This document shows, in pieces, positions 1 to 15,308 of a DNA stretch of 64,000 nt. The notes under the pieces are model-generated. The model did not search any database, was not told where the DNA came from, and saw nothing but the letters and a program-made list of their open reading frames with translations. A program made the translations under genes and the position numbers. Position 1 is the first letter of the stretch; each line of letters opens with the position of its first letter. Source of the stretch: Eledone cirrhosa. Its lineage: Eukaryota. The DNA lies in assembly GCA_964016885.1 (NCBI GenBank), contig OZ024741.1, forward strand, positions 54,374,001 to 54,438,000, read 5' to 3'.

Positions 1-483
1 TGTAGTCAAGCTTCAAACCGCTATCCACTATAAAACCCTTACGATAGAAAATCCATTCGATAGAAAACACTACATAGGTTGGGTTTGAATTCGATTTTTT
101 AGCAATAGGAATGTACAAGGATGACTACCGATTAGATGATGGACAGTAGGAGTTGCGTCAGCCAAATTATACGTTACGGTAGGATAAGTAGCAAGATGAA
201 TGTTTTTACGGAGAAATGACAAAAAACTCCGATACGGCATATCTGTCGGTGCCTTGGTGTTGAAAGGGGGATTCTAATAAAATTCTGCGTTATTTCAATT
301 TTACAAATAAATTACACCGGCGTAGCATATACCCATCCCAGAATAGGTTGACGAGCGATGCAATTATAACATCAGATTCTATCGGGAAACTCCGAGTACG
401 TTGGAAGGTATATATCAGTTTTCCATGCGTTTTATATAATCTAATATATATATATATATATGTGTGTGTATGTGTGTGTATGA

Positions 484-556
<73 letters not shown>

Positions 557-940
557 CCCTATTTTACATTGAGTTTGTAGAAGTTTAGCGTATTTAAGGA
601 GAAGTCTAAGGAAATCTGGGATTAATTCAACCTTTCAATAGAAAAGTGTATGGCTATGAAATTAATTCTATTAACATTGAGGTCTAAACAAATTTATCAT
701 ATTTGCTTTGAAAGAGTAAATATAAATGGATGTATAATTTGGGTTACATCAGGTTTTAGAAATTTAGCTTATTCACGTTGAAGTACTAATTTAAAGGGAC
801 ATTGTTGCTGCCAATATTTGGCCGATATTTGACCTACTTAGAAGAAATTTAGCATTTTTATTTTGAAGAAATAAATTTTAATGCGATTCTTTTTACTGAT
901 TTTGGCAGATATTTGACCAAAATGACCTGAGTGAAAATAG

Positions 941-1008
941 TTGTTTCTACTATTGGCACAAGGCCAGCAATCACCCCAGTGCATTACTGGTACTTTATTT
1001 TATCGACC
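941..1008 (-). mobile_element. 3' fragment of tRNA-derived SINE (Meta-domain-like family)
   Basis: ttgtttctac...ggcacaaggccagcaat...cagtgcattactggtactttattttatcgacc matches the full copies at 21095-21279 and 56501-56687. Confidence 0.8.
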
Positions 1009-1152
1009 GCCGATTCGGTTTGCGGAATTTAGGGGATGGGTCGTGGGACGGTTTAGCAGGATTCATGAGTCCAAGATGGCGTTCCGTTTAGGGTGTTTTC
1101 TAAGTATTTGTAGACTGATTGGAACAATAACGTTCTTATTTACATTTATATA

Positions 1153-1375
<223 letters not shown>

Positions 1376-1493
1376 TTTTCTTAATAAATTCACCCCCAGG
1401 AACGTGGCCGCTCAAAATTAAACTCAAGAGAAAGAGACTATATACACACACACACACAGATACATACATACATCATATATACATACATAATTT

Positions 1494-1580
<87 letters not shown>

Positions 1581-1671
1581 GCATAATACATACATAATAC
1601 ATACATACATAAATCATACATACATATACACATAGTAACATAAATCATATATACATACATGCATGCATAAT

Positions 1672-1721
<50 letters not shown>

Positions 1722-1775
1722 ATTGCATACATATTTACATACATGCATAATACATACATAATACGTACATATATA

Positions 1776-1809
<34 letters not shown>

Positions 1810-2367
1810 CGTACATACATATAAACGTACATGCATACATATATACGTACATACATACATACACACGCACACATACATACATACATGCATACATATATAC
1901 ATACATTCATAAGTACATACATACATATGCAACGAATTTGAAGTGTGGGCATCGCAGCTAAAAATCCTATATAAAATTAACAGAATGGAATGTTGATTCA
2001 CCAATTATGACGTCTTAGTAAGCAGAATTAATCGACTCCTAAGAATTTCATAAGAATTTCCTGCAAGACCACTGAGTCGTGCAGATTAGTACAACATATG
2101 AATGTAGCCGTATAGAGGAATACGTGACTATATATATAATTTATGGATATATTTCTGCGTTTGTGTATGTGTGTATACGAGTTGGGTATGTATGTATGTG
2201 TGTATGTGAGTATATATATATTATATGTGGGAGGTGAGGAATGTAGATGTGTGTGAGAGATTGTCCGCATATATTAAGTGTGAATATATGTATATATATG
2301 CATATATACATATATATATATATAATAATGTACATATACATATATATATACTTATGTGTGTGTGTAC

Positions 2368-2404
<37 letters not shown>

Positions 2405-2413
2405 CATATATAT

Positions 2414-2485
<72 letters not shown>

Positions 2486-2999
2486 TATATATATAGATAT
2501 ATATATGTATATATATATATATGTATATATACATATATATATACATACATGCATACATCCATATATATATGTGTATAATGTATGCATGCATATATGTATG
2601 TATGTGTGTGTTTGTGTGTGTGTGTTTATGTATATATGCATGTATGTATGAAGAGGTGTCAACTAAATACACCAGAACTTAACGTGGCACATCTTATTCC
2701 ATCTAATCGAAAGATTTATTCACGGAGACTTCTCTATAACTAATTTTAAAATAGTTCGCGCTGAGATTAATGAAATATATTAAAGAAAAGAAGATACACA
2801 CACACGAAAAAATAATGTAAGTATATTTAGAAACCAAAGTGAAAACCCTGCATATTTACACACACAATCACAATCATCCATGCATTTATATTTATTTATA
2901 CATACGTATATATATATATATATACATACATATATATATACATATATATATAAAGAGGTAAAGGCGAAGTTGAAGATGTTAGGGCCCTTTATTAATTGA

Positions 3000-3050
3000 G
3001 CCATTATACCTATTTCAATGACGATAGATATCGTGATTTCTTCAGACAGC
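3000..3050 (-). ncRNA. Type I hammerhead ribozyme candidate
   Basis: Minus strand: gctgt CTGAAGA aatcacgat-atct-atcgtcatt GAAA taggta TA atggc. Stem I gctgt/atggc (with G-U pairs), stem II hairpin, near-palindromic stem III. Confidence 0.65.
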
Positions 3051-4039
3051 AAAAATTGATTAATAGGTAACATTTCCGAGGCAATTTTGGGTGGAAGGGA
3101 GGGACTAAAGAAATGTGTACGTTTTTGCTTTGAGTGCCCATTCCTTTCTAATTTTCAGGACCTACCGACAGCGCTGCTTATTCACAGGGGTGTGGGTGGC
3201 TGAACACTCAACTACAGCCAAGAATACCACCAACCGTATGTGTTCTCTCTATCAACCAGTCACCCACCCCTTCGGCCGACAACTCTATACGGTCAGTTGG
3301 AGTTCAGACCACCCAAAATCTATTTACTGATAGCTTTGGTGGCCAGCATAATTTAGTGCATTCCTACCCGCTACCCGTTTATGGCAGAATAATATACTAT
3401 CAACCCTAAATTTAGAAAGTTACCTACTGCTATGATTAATATAACTTATAGAAAATATTAAAGGTTTCACAACCCGAAAACCCAGAAAATTTCTCGAATT
3501 CAGACGTTAAGGATTAAAAGTTAAAAGTCCGGAAAGCTAAACAACAGTCTTTATGCTAAGAATAAATCTAACTGGCAAAAGTGTATATTCTTATTAGGGA
3601 TTGGGTTCAGAGCTGGATATTAACTTGTTATGACTCCCCATGGAAAAAACTGACCTCTTTTCGATAATGACAGGCAATATTTAAAGTAACTAATGTAACG
3701 AATGTAAAATTTAAATAATCAAGTAGTTGTTGTTCCGGTCAAGCTGGTGGAGACAGATAATACATTGATGATTTAAGGAAAGATGTAAGAAAAGGTACAA
3801 ATGAGTAAGGATGAAAGGGAATAAGGAATTATAAAGAGAATAAGGAAAATATATATATATAAAGGTAAAAATAAAAGGTAAAAAAGAATTATAGAGTAAA
3901 GGAATGAGAGGAAATGCAGGAAAATAATTGGAGGAAAAATCCGTGTGCCTTTTCTTACATCTTTGGTATGGTATTTTGGATGGTATTTTGAGACTTTTTA
4001 TTTTGTAGTTCACTAGAAAGCATTTAAGAATTCATGCCA

Positions 4040-4540
4040 AGCATGACTGGGTTTTGGTACTCATTGCCAAGTTGTTTACCAAAATAACTAAGAATTTCTT
4101 TATCCTACTCAAGAAGCACTTCCCCACACAGCATAAGTGTTACACTATCCTTTTTAGAAACACCATTAGACTCTCATACTCCACCATACCTAACTTAGCT
4201 AGGAGCATAGCCAATATTACTATTTCAAAAATCAATATATTTAGGACTGAGAACGAAACCCACGGTGGTACGAAAGCACTCTGTAATTGTCCAGATACGA
4301 ACACTTGTCCACTCAACAAAAAGAACCTATCGAACGACATCGTGTACAAATGCGATATCGTCACAAACAAATCAACGAAGGCATAAATCGGTAAGATTTC
4401 AAACAATTTTAAAACCCGATGGTATGCACATACCCACTCCTTTCGAAGACCCTATAAGGCTCACCAAACTCACATGCCGCCTATGTATGGGACCTAAGGA
4501 GCCTCGTGTCATTCGCCCTACGATTCCACCACCACAATAA
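4040..4540 (+). pseudogene. Decayed Penelope-like (Naiad-type) linker + GIY-YIG endonuclease fragment
   Basis: KHFPTQHKCYTILFRNTIRLSYSTIPNL...CNCPDTNTCPL...IVYKC...KA*IGKISNNFKTRWYAH; CxCx5C motif; stop codons and frameshifts. Confidence 0.8.
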
Positions 4541-5798
4541 AAACGAAATACATTGATATTAGTATTAGCAATGTTATAAGCACCAAAACCAACACCAGCG
4601 ACAACATGAACATCAACAAAAACGATAGCAGTAACAAAAGTAACAACAATAAAACTGAATTACACCATCAACAAAACATGTTCTTGGACATCGCAAACCC
4701 AAATTAAAACAGAAATGTGGCTATTAATACTGGAAAACGAAAAATCTGAATTGCCCCAGGCAAAAGAAATAATAGAATTCTAGAACGGGAAGGCAGTAGT
4801 AATGGCACTACCCGAAATAGTACCAGAAGGGGCAAAAAAACAGTGATGTCCCGAATTGTGTGCCTACAGACCCGGCGAGCTGAACCGCAGAAAAGGCCCT
4901 AAAAGAGGTAATGGCAGATGTGGCTCAGATTCAATGAGAAAGACATTCACCAACGTTGAGGCCCACTTTTAAAGTGAAGACTTCGCACAAAATAATTCAG
5001 TGCCCCTCCCCCAATAGTTGGAATGAGGAGTTTGTACATTATCCAACCTATCTTTTATGGAGGACTCTCATACTGAGAATACCAGGTATTCTGCCAGATT
5101 TAAATATCTGGTAGATCTTAGGCTGTTTTTTACTTGGAGATTCGGACACACTCTCCGAAGTTAAACACAAGGAAAGATAACAGTGGCCTGAGATAAAGCT
5201 GGAGATGTTACTTCAGATGAATAGAGACAAAATAGAAAAAAATCCTGGACAAAATGCAGATTCCCAGTGGAGTAGACCTCTGAATAAATATAGAAAGCAA
5301 AAAACAAAAATGCCATTTATATAGATCCAAAAGCTACCATTAATCATAAAGATAGTTCTAGTTATTTCACTTCTTGTGCTATCGTAAGTTAGCTAAGAAT
5401 CTATAGTATTATGGACTTCTGCTTTATATAAGAAACGCCTCAAAGTGTATTTATAACAGGTATATCAAAGCCATCGCAATACGTTAAAATGAAGTAATAG
5501 AATTGGATGCTAACTTGTAGCTTTCTTTAATATCCTAATTCTATAGTTTTATGATGGTGTTTACGTATGGGCCTAGAAGTACAGCAATGGCAGTGTTTAT
5601 ACTTGTGCCTCGTGCTTCAGCTGTGAGTAATGGATCTGAGCATGTATTGTAGCTATTTAATCGGCTGGTCCTAAAGGGCAATATTTACAGTAATGTAAAT
5701 ATTCTATGTCTGCCTAAGGATACTTTAGGAAAAAGACAAGTGTGCTCTGGGCTTCCTCTATCTTAGTGTGTAAATCGGAAGGATATTAAAACCAAGAT

Positions 5799-6570
5799 CT
5801 ACCCACCTGTATCGTGAGGGCGTTTCAAGGTCAGATATGTCCTATATATTTTGTGTTGTTTACACGTGGTAACGAGTTCATCCTTTTTGTTTAATAATTG
5901 GTCCTTGGCAAACAGCATCTGGATCATTTCCACCGAGCATAAATTGCATGGACGGCGTCCTCCAGAGTAAGATTTCGCCTTGGAAAGTAGGCTCCATTTT
6001 AGATGATAGGTAATGTTGCTGTCATGGAGGTCCCAAATATGGTCAGAAAGTGCTGTCACGTGTCGCCGGGCTGGGTTTCTAAATGAATGTTGGTGTTGGT
6101 AGTAGCGTCTCTTGAACTCGCAGGTGGTTAATCTGATGTAGGGCTTGTTGTTCCGTCTTGAAGTTGCACAGGTAGACCACGTTTCGTTCTCGGCATCTAT
6201 TGTTGAGGAATTACGATGATCTATCCGAACAGTTACACCTCCTAGTTTGCTCACCACTAATATTGTTATTTCTCTTAGAGAGGAGTTTGGCGTTGTTAAA
6301 GGAAGCGATATTTTGTGCAAAGTAGTGCTGTACGAAAGTTGAACGGTGTTTCTATTGATGATATTCTGGTAGGGCTGTTGGGTGGGAAGTGTTTGTCAAG
6401 AAGTCTGAGGAAGATCTTCCCAATTGGTGTTACGACCTCAGCATTGTAGGAAGGATTAAACCACGTTACGTGGCGTGAGACGCGGCGTCGCCTGCTCGAT
6501 CGGCTAGTTGGGCCTGGGTAATAGGTAAGTTTCTCCTTGAATCCGCTTCTTTTGAAGGCCTGTTTGCATA
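5799..6570 (-). pseudogene. Decayed Penelope-like element, C-terminal part with GIY-YIG endonuclease
   Basis: Minus-strand translation RHVTWFNPSYNAEVVTPIGKIFLRLLDKHFP, then YIRLTTCEFKRRYYQHQHSF...TALSDHIWDL...CNLCSVE...LLNKKDELVTTCKQH; frameshifted. Confidence 0.85.
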
Positions 6571-6596
6571 GACTGTCTGCCCATATATGGACTATA

Positions 6597-6692
6597 CCCC
6601 CTGAGGAGTTCAGCTAGATTCTCGCTGCTCGAATACCGACTCTTTAGTTCGGATCTAGCTGTTGAAACGGCCGGAGCTCAGCCATCGGGTCC
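6597..6692 (+). ncRNA. Slightly degenerate hammerhead ribozyme in an inverted pLTR-like segment abutting the PLE fragment
   Basis: cccc CTGAGGA gtt-cagctagat...atctagctg-tt GAAA cggc-cggagctca-gcca TC ggg; 9-bp stem II with a long loop. Confidence 0.65.
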
Positions 6693-6870
6693 TGAATTTT
6701 TCATATTACCCACTCTTCTACACCAAGTATGGAGTACTCTGGTGCGTAATGGTCTAACTGGTTTTTACCACCTCAAATCTGATACATATCTATATATCTA
6801 TATATATATACACACATATATATATGTTCACACAGACACACACACACACACACGCACACACACACACACG

Positions 6871-6902
<32 letters not shown>

Positions 6903-6907
6903 CACAC

Positions 6908-7016
<109 letters not shown>

Positions 7017-8687
7017 TATATATATAGATATATATATAATTAAAAAGTATAGTGATTGAGACTTGCCATTTCTATACATACATCTTCGTGTACATATTCG
7101 TGTGTGTATGTGTGTGTGTGTATGTGTGCAAATTCAATATATTTTATGCGATGATACGCATACGAATTCATATTTTATATACTTATATACACTTTTTTAA
7201 TATTTATGTATGCATATACACTTATACGTGCAGACATGTTATCAGCAATTCTCTCACGATCTTTAATGAAGCCATATATATTCTGCAAAAATATGCCCCG
7301 TAGTTAAAACACCGAGCATCCCACAGTTTAGTATTTGTGGTGTTCAAATTGGTTTCCTCTTTCTTGCGACTCAGTAAGGAGAGATTATATCTGTTCCTTA
7401 AAAAATGGCGAATGAATACGTGCAAAACTGCTTAGTAATCGAACATAAATAAGTCAAGCATTAATAGCTCAACCCATGGCGTATTGTTACGAAAGTAACG
7501 ATTTAGCATGTTTTGTTCTTCTTCTTTTCGTATCTTCAAAGCATGTGGTTATATGAAAGTTTCCCATTTTTTTACACAGTCCTTTGCATTATATTAAATT
7601 CTGCGAGATCTTTTAAGCTACACTGGTTGGGTAGTAGAGGGCATAGATATATATGCAAGTTCATATCCATATGTTAAATATACCTATACCACATATATAT
7701 GGATAGGACTTCGTATACACATATCTATATTTACTAAATATAAGTATTATTGCACCGTAATAATATGGAGTAAATTATTCTCTGAATGTTTGGATTTTAA
7801 TCCTTAATATTCATTAAGCGTTTTATGGTGTAATGAGATCGATATCTCTTAATTTTGGTTGAGTTGTTGTTTTAAATTGTCGGTGAGCTATGTTTAGGTT
7901 TCATCTGAACTTCTATCCTATCCTATCTAACGCTATGATACAACTACCTACCTTCTAAAACAAAAATCGTGTGTTTTTTGTAATTATCACACGCTTGTTT
8001 TGACTACGGAATTTAGTAGTCTTAGCTTTGATAACAACACAAATGAGTTCATTCTAACTTCCATGCGTAGTGTAATATAAATTATGTAAAACACCTTACT
8101 GATGTGGATGCTTGTCATAATTTACAGATTAACCATTTTAATTATTGTAATTAGTATTTTTCTTCTTGTCCGAAATCACGGTATAAGCATTGGATTTAAT
8201 ATTTATGACGTAATTAAGATTACATTTGCTATTAAATGTAAATGTGCTTGCATTTCTTTCTATGTTTTGTTTTGCTAAGTATAAGTAATATTGTACCTTA
8301 ATAATATTGATTAAATTTAGCTCTGAAATTGTGTTTTTTAGCCCTTAATGTTGATAGATCGTTTTCATGGTATAATGAAGTCGATATAACTTATTTCGAC
8401 CTATATCTTTACTACAAACACACACACCAACACACACATACACACACACGGACACACAAACAAAACACATTATATATATATATATATATATATATATGAG
8501 GGTGTTAAAGTTTGCTTGAAGCATTGTGAAATATGTAAAATATGTAGTTTAGAAAGCCACAACAATGCAGATGGAAAATCTACCTTTGTTTTGTTTTCGT
8601 TTCTCTCATTTTTCACTTTTCTCCTATTTCTCACTCACTTCCTACCTCGAGATTTCCCATCTGCATTGTTGTGGCTTTCTAAACTAC

Positions 8688-9018
<331 letters not shown>

Positions 9019-9223
9019 ATATATATATATATATACATATATATATAAAATAATTGATCCTTGGCAATATAATTATATATATATATATATAATTATATGA
9101 ATGCATGTATAGTATATTTGGCAATATATCGTATGTTTAATTTAAAAATGTTGAAGACCATCGCTATCGGTTTTAACGTAGTGACTATGTCACTTATATT
9201 TTTTTGCCGAAAGAAGGGACAGA

Positions 9224-9264
9224 AGCTAACAGTCTGTTTCACGCTGTTGGCGATCATCAGAGCC
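9224..9264 (-). ncRNA. Minimal hammerhead ribozyme (inverted copy)
   Basis: Reverse complement reads ggct CTGATGA tcgccaacagcgt GAAA cagactg TT agct. Confidence 0.7.
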
Positions 9265-9493
9265 ACGCACTCCTCGCTTTCGCCGAAAATTATAGAAGCT
9301 GGATTCTTATAGAATTCCAGTAATAATCAGGAACTGATTATACAGAGCGATTGCCGGTACAGCAAAAATTAGATATTATGATTGGTGCTCTGAAATAGCG
9401 ATGTATACATGAATGTATAATCAGCTCCTGATTATTACTGGAATTCTATAAGAATCCAGCTTCTATAATTTTCAGCGAAAACGGGGAGTGCGT

Positions 9494-9534
9494 GGCTCTG
9501 ATGATCGCCAATAGCGTGAAACAGACTGTTAGCT
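9494..9534 (+). ncRNA. Minimal hammerhead ribozyme
   Basis: ggct CTGATGA t-cgc-caata-gcg-t GAAA cag-a-ctg TT agct. Confidence 0.75.
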
Positions 9535-9649
9535 TCTCCCCCTTCTTTCGCCGAAAAGAAGTAAGTGACATAGTCACTACTTTAAAACCGATAGCGAATG
9601 GTTTTCAAAAGTTTTTAATTAAACATACGGTATATTGCCAAGGAAAAGA

Positions 9650-9957
9650 ATTACTTCACTTGTAGTTCTAAACAATTGATTTAATTTTATGATATTATAA
9701 TATTATGAGTTGGTAGATCTAGTAACTTCTTTGTTAACTTCGGTGGGAAGATTTTTAAAGATTCCTGGTTAACGTTCCTGGAGAATATTCTCGCATTCGT
9801 CGGTGGCAATTGTCAAACTGGTCTCAGGAAAGTTAACTAGGAATCTTTACAATTCTTCCCACCGAAGTTAACAAAGAACTTACTATATCTACCAACTCAG
9901 AATATTATAACATCATAAAATTAAATCAAATTGTTTAGAACTACAAGGGAAGTCATT
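9650..9957. repeat. Long inverted repeat (~135-bp arms, ~37-bp spacer)
   Basis: cttgtagttctaaacaatt...gttaacttcggtgggaag...gttaacgttcctg pairs with caggaaagttaac...cttcccaccgaagttaac...aattgtttagaactacaag. Confidence 0.8.
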
Positions 9958-10032
9958 ATTTTCCTTTTTTCAAATGTACCTAACTGTACCAAGGATTTCA
10001 CACACTTTCCAATATATATATATATACATATG

Positions 10033-10325
<293 letters not shown>

Positions 10326-11063
10326 AAGAAGGTGATATTGTGAGGGAGAGAGAAAAAAGAAAAAAAGAGAAAAAGAAGGAATTATTATGTATATTTTTTT
10401 GACAGTGGAAATAGTGTGAAGAGAGGAGAGTGTGATTATATTTAAGTGTGAGAAAAAATATTAGTTATAAAGGACAAATACAGCGTGAGAGGAAAGAAGA
10501 AGGAACGAAGAAACGAGGGTAGAGTGGAGGAATAATGAAGCAGGATTCATTATGTTTTGATTATACTATTTATAATGATAGGTTGAAAAAATTTGATTAA
10601 AGGTTTAATTAATAAATTTGATTAAAGGTTTAATTAATAATTTAATAATTAGTTTAAATGTGTATGTTAAGGATTATAAATTATTAAGAAATATATATTA
10701 TATATTATTAAAAAAATACATATTATATATTATTAAAATTTGTAAGTCAAAAATTAAAAAAAATTTTTTAAATATCCAAATAATTCTAAATTTATGGAAA
10801 AATTTCCGAGAGTTTACAAAAGAATAACCACATATTTGTATTATAATAACAGTAATGCGTAAAGGAAGTTATAAGTGATTAATAACTCAGATGACTCTAA
10901 GGATTAAATGCTATAAAGTTAAGCAGTTAAAAAGTTAAATTTTCTATCTTAAGAATGTAATTGGAACATGAACCTTATGTTATTTTATACGAAGTCATAA
11001 ATTTATAAATTTACTTGCTACAAAGTTTTAACATTAAAAAATTATAACATTTAAAAAATTTTC

Positions 11064-11168
11064 CATAAGAATATATTTAAAGCATTAAGTATAAAAAAAT
11101 GTTCATAAGAATATATTTAAAGCATAAAGTATAAAAAAATGTTCATAAGAATATATTTAAAGCATAAA
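11064..11168. repeat. 40-bp tandem repeat, ~2.6 copies
   Basis: cataagaatatatttaaagca recurs at 11064, 11104 and 11144. Confidence 0.8.
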
Positions 11169-11539
11169 CCATAGGTTACTCCACACATACACAAAAAAAC
11201 ATATTTATCACATATATATAAACATCTGGATATATATATTAAAAACTTTGAAAAAATATAAGAATATAAAAATATAAAAATATAGTTTTTCTATATCCTT
11301 CAAAGGAATTTTCAAAAGATTTTCTTAAACCCTTCAGTAAGTTTATCAAAAAAAAATGTTTCCCTAAAGGAGTTTCAAGCAGTCATATAAAGGAATTTAA
11401 TGATCTATCGATAGGTGTAATAATATATATCTGTGAAGTAGAGATAATAGAAAATAAGTTAAGTATATGAATCATATATGGATATAGAAGACATTATGTA
11501 AAAGAGATAAGTTTTATATTACATTTTATATATATATTT

Positions 11540-13150
11540 AAAAGTTGAATTTAAACGATGTTTGCAAGAACTAAATAAATTATTCCTTAAATTAATAGAG
11601 TTCTTACTTTTTAGTATAAAGAATGTTTCTTCGACACAAAGAGCGCCATTTTCGGATAAAGCAGTGTATGAAGGAGCTTTGGAGATAATATTCCAAAGTA
11701 AAGAATAGTTAATGTTCTTTGATTTCAGGTCCCATAGTAAGTTAAATAGAGAAGTTGAAGATTTGTTACTAATATTCGTAAAAGAACATTTGTGGTTATT
11801 AAAACGGGACTTAAAGTCTGTGGAGGTAGAGGCTACATAATTAAAGGAGTTTACATTAGTTTTTACATTACAATTGTATACTATATTTTTAACTAAACAA
11901 TTATTATTTAGAGGACAGTTAGATTTATTTCTACAGTTACATTTATCTAAATTTAAATTAATGGGAGCTGTACCATTATATTGGATATTGCTAGGGTATT
12001 AATGGTATTCTGGTTAGGTTTTAAGTTTCTATTATTAATTCTATTAATATTCTGCGCTAAATTCATAGTGGTGCAATATGATAATTTGATAGTATGTCTA
12101 TTAAATATTGAGTTCTAGGGAAGTATGTCAATTAATTATTGTGTTCTAGGAAAGCATTTATCTAGAGCTTTAAAGAATAATTTTGCAATAGGAGTTTTAA
12201 TACTTAATGAGAAAGGGGGGAGCGAACCATAATATATTTCTAGTTCTATTTCGTCTTTTGGTTTTCGAGTTATTGTAAGGTTTTCTATTATAATATATAT
12301 AGTTATGGTTAGTTGGCACATCCTTATTATCAATGTATTTAATGTTATTACTATAGCCTGCTCTACCTAACGCTTCGTTATAATATTGTGCCTTATCTTC
12401 AAAAATATTCTTATTAGCTGAAATTCTAGAAATACGTTGCTGCACAGAATTTACTATAGTGTTTTTAACAGATCTGGGGGGATTGGAATTAAAGTTAACA
12501 TAGTTTAGATTCTCATTTATTTTATGAAATGGATAATAAAGACCAGTGTTAAGGTTTAAAGTTACATCTAGAAAATTAACTATTTTATAATTATTCTCTA
12601 CTTCTACTTTAAGATTAAGGCAATTAAAAAATTGTATAATTTCTTTTCTTTTCCTATTTATTTCACAATTATTATTATTTTCTATAAGTAATATCATATA
12701 GCATATCGTCACGATATAAACCACCGGTCATCTCCGGTATTTTCCTATGTAAAGTATTATTAATAAAAAGCCCCACTAGATCCGTTGTTTGTGCCGAATC
12801 GGATGACCCCATAGTAATATCAAAATTACTATCTCTGTCTGCTTTAGTCCAGAGGTGGTTGTTAAATTTAATTAATGTTTTACGTGCAGTTCAGATAATG
12901 TGCATTTCATTACTAGTTAAATGTGTATATTTAAATGCTTATGTAAGGGCTTTATTAAGATAGATGAGTAATAATTAGCAATATCCAATTGAATAAATTT
13001 ATTATTATACTTATATTTAATGTCCTTAAACCAGTCGATAACTTCGTTGGTCGCTTTCCATAATTTTAAATAAGATAATTCCTTAATTTGTGGTAGATTC
13101 TGTCTAAAATATTCTTGCTAAGTATGCCAAGGTCCGATTTAGATGTAATC
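11540..13150 (-). pseudogene. Decayed Penelope-like (Naiad-type) reverse transcriptase + GIY-YIG ORF
   Basis: Minus-strand motifs QLDIANYYSS, FDITMGSSDSAQTTDLVG, GLYRDDML, VNFLDVTLNL, RNILWFAPPF, CNCRNKSNCPL, YVASTSTDFKSRFNNH; multiple frameshifts. Confidence 0.9.
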
Positions 13151-13199
13151 TGTATTGTATTTTATCTGATGAAAGCGCACCATAATTTGCCTTGGTGGC

Positions 13200-13345
13200 C
13201 CTTGAAATATGTATAATAAAATAAATATGGTTTTATAAATATAGTTTCCATTTGTTAATATATTGTATATTTACTCCACTAAACTATTGAGTGCTTTATA
13301 TAAGTTATAAACATTTTTAAGCTTGTTGAATCCCAACAAATTAAA
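13200..13345 (+). repeat. Fragment of the hammerhead family at 61770-62070
   Basis: tgaaatatgtataataaaataaatatggttttataaatatagtttccatttgtt matches 61927-61980. Confidence 0.7.
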
Positions 13346-13394
13346 TATAACCTCTGCATATATATATATATATATGTATGTATGTATAATATAT

Positions 13395-13565
13395 ATTAGA
13401 AAGTGCGGGTTTTTTTACGAAATGAAAAAAAAACGTGATGTCCTACACGAGTTAAAGTATAATGAAAAAAGATGAAATCGAAAATGCAACTGGAGTCTTT
13501 TTTTTTTAAATATATATTTATTTGGTTCCTTTCCCGGTTTCGCAGTTCTTGTGCTTTTCAAAAGT
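13395..13565 (-). repeat. pLTR-like segment, copy 2 (hammerhead at 13529-13564 with mutated cleavage site)
   Basis: Direct repeat of 10145-10325; TTGAAAA core retained, ccggTA changed to ccggGA. Confidence 0.7.
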
Positions 13566-13714
13566 AGAATTGAGATGGAGGGTCTGTGGTTTAACACAGT
13601 CAGCGTGTCTGCTATTAACTAAACGTGTGCACTCTGAAGAGCTGACTGCAACTGCATTATTGCAATTCGGCATATTCATTGAGTTAGCTAGACGCTGGTC
13701 GGAGTTCGTTGACG

Positions 13715-13934
13715 TAATACTAGCGATCTTCGTTAATCTTATATTATTATAATACTAGCGATCTTCGTTAATCTTATATTATTATAATACTAGCGATCTT
13801 CGTTAATCTTATATTATTATAATATTAGCGATCTTCGTTAATCTTATATTATTATAATACTAGCGATCTTCGTTAATCTTATATTATTATAATACTAGCG
13901 ATCTTCGTTAATCTTATATTATTATAATACTAGC
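13715..13934. repeat. 35-bp minisatellite, ~6 copies
   Basis: Unit atactagcgatcttcgttaatcttatattattata. Confidence 0.95.
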
Positions 13935-14269
13935 TGTGCTGATTGGAATCTCCTGTATAATGTTAGAATTTTAATATTTATTGTATTTCCTTATATTTCC
14001 TAATATATAAAAGTACCAGCCCAATGCTGATGCAGGTCTCTCTTCTTTGCGTTCTCGTATCGTGTTTGTTCTGTTGAATCAAGAGAGGGCGAGTGATAGT
14101 AGCCGAAACGCAGGATTGTCTCGGATGGATTACGTTTGTTCAAAGTTTCGTTCAATTGGGAAGCGAGATTAATAATTATAAGAAGAAAGCCAGTACTGTT
14201 ATTGTTGCCAAAACCCTTTCTAAAGATGCAGTAACACCCCGACACAATAACATTAATACATTGACTATT

Positions 14270-14680
14270 TTCATGGTCAACCATTTTTATCACCTCCATA
14301 TCTAATAGTATCCCCGTAACCAACACCACCAACATAATCAACATCACCACCACCACTTCTACTAACACAACTACCGCCACAATCACTAAAATAATTATTA
14401 ATATCACTAACGCAACCGTCACGACCACCACTACTGCAGCTGCTGTTACTGCTACTACTATGAACACTCACTAGCACTTTCCCTTCCAGCACTACCGCTA
14501 CAAGCATGACCATCATCAATGTAATGACAACTACCAACACAGCAATCAATAAGACTAGCACCATCACCTTCGCTACCACTACAAATTCACCATTATTACA
14601 ACTACCACCGCCACAACCACCTACAACCACTTGCATACTATCACCCATAAACTCCACCACTGCTATCTTTATCCCCATAT
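14270..14680. repeat. Degenerate ACC/ACT/AAC trinucleotide low-complexity tract
   Basis: caccaccaac, actaccacc and ctactact runs. Confidence 0.7.
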
Positions 14681-15037
14681 TTGACCTGAATATGTCGTAA
14701 TCTCGGGTCTTTCATCAAATGAATATAGTGAACATTTATCTTTCGCTCTGAAAAGAAAGAATTATTTTTTTAAAATGGTAGCCATTTTGCAAGCATTCTT
14801 TTCTCTATTGTCAAATCGTTAGAGTGTCTTTCCTTCACCATACGTGACTTGTTTGTTAACAGAGTCTATCTAAATTACTGCAGACTATATCTCATGTTGT
14901 ACAGTATTGAGACAATTCTTCAGACAATTCTTTGCACACAGCACAACAGCACAAGACGCAATTATAATTATATTTTCAGCATCGGCAATAGCAATAATCT
15001 CACCAAAGAAATATGGAATGAATTTATAATATGTCTC

Positions 15038-15164
<127 letters not shown>

Positions 15165-15243
15165 TATATATATATATATCTGCCTGCCTGTCTTTCTGCT
15201 TTCATGTATGTATGTCAATATGCATCTAATTTATATTTATACA

Positions 15244-15308
<65 letters not shown>

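Larger units (their letters stand above)
9097..9642. mobile_element. Foldback retrozyme-like element: ~320-nt minus-strand monomer plus inverted partial copy
   Basis: Arms ~9118-9343 and ~9413-9642 are reverse complements; same family at 16802-17308. Confidence 0.75.

Noticed and set aside
345-405. Possible hammerhead relic ttgacga-gcgat...atcgg-gaaa-ctccgag-ta
   Set aside because: Core mismatched without compensation and no convincing stem I.
14000-14700. Hydrophobic Val-rich or Thr-rich ORFs (also 40810-41237)
   Set aside because: Trinucleotide low-complexity DNA with no domain or exon evidence.
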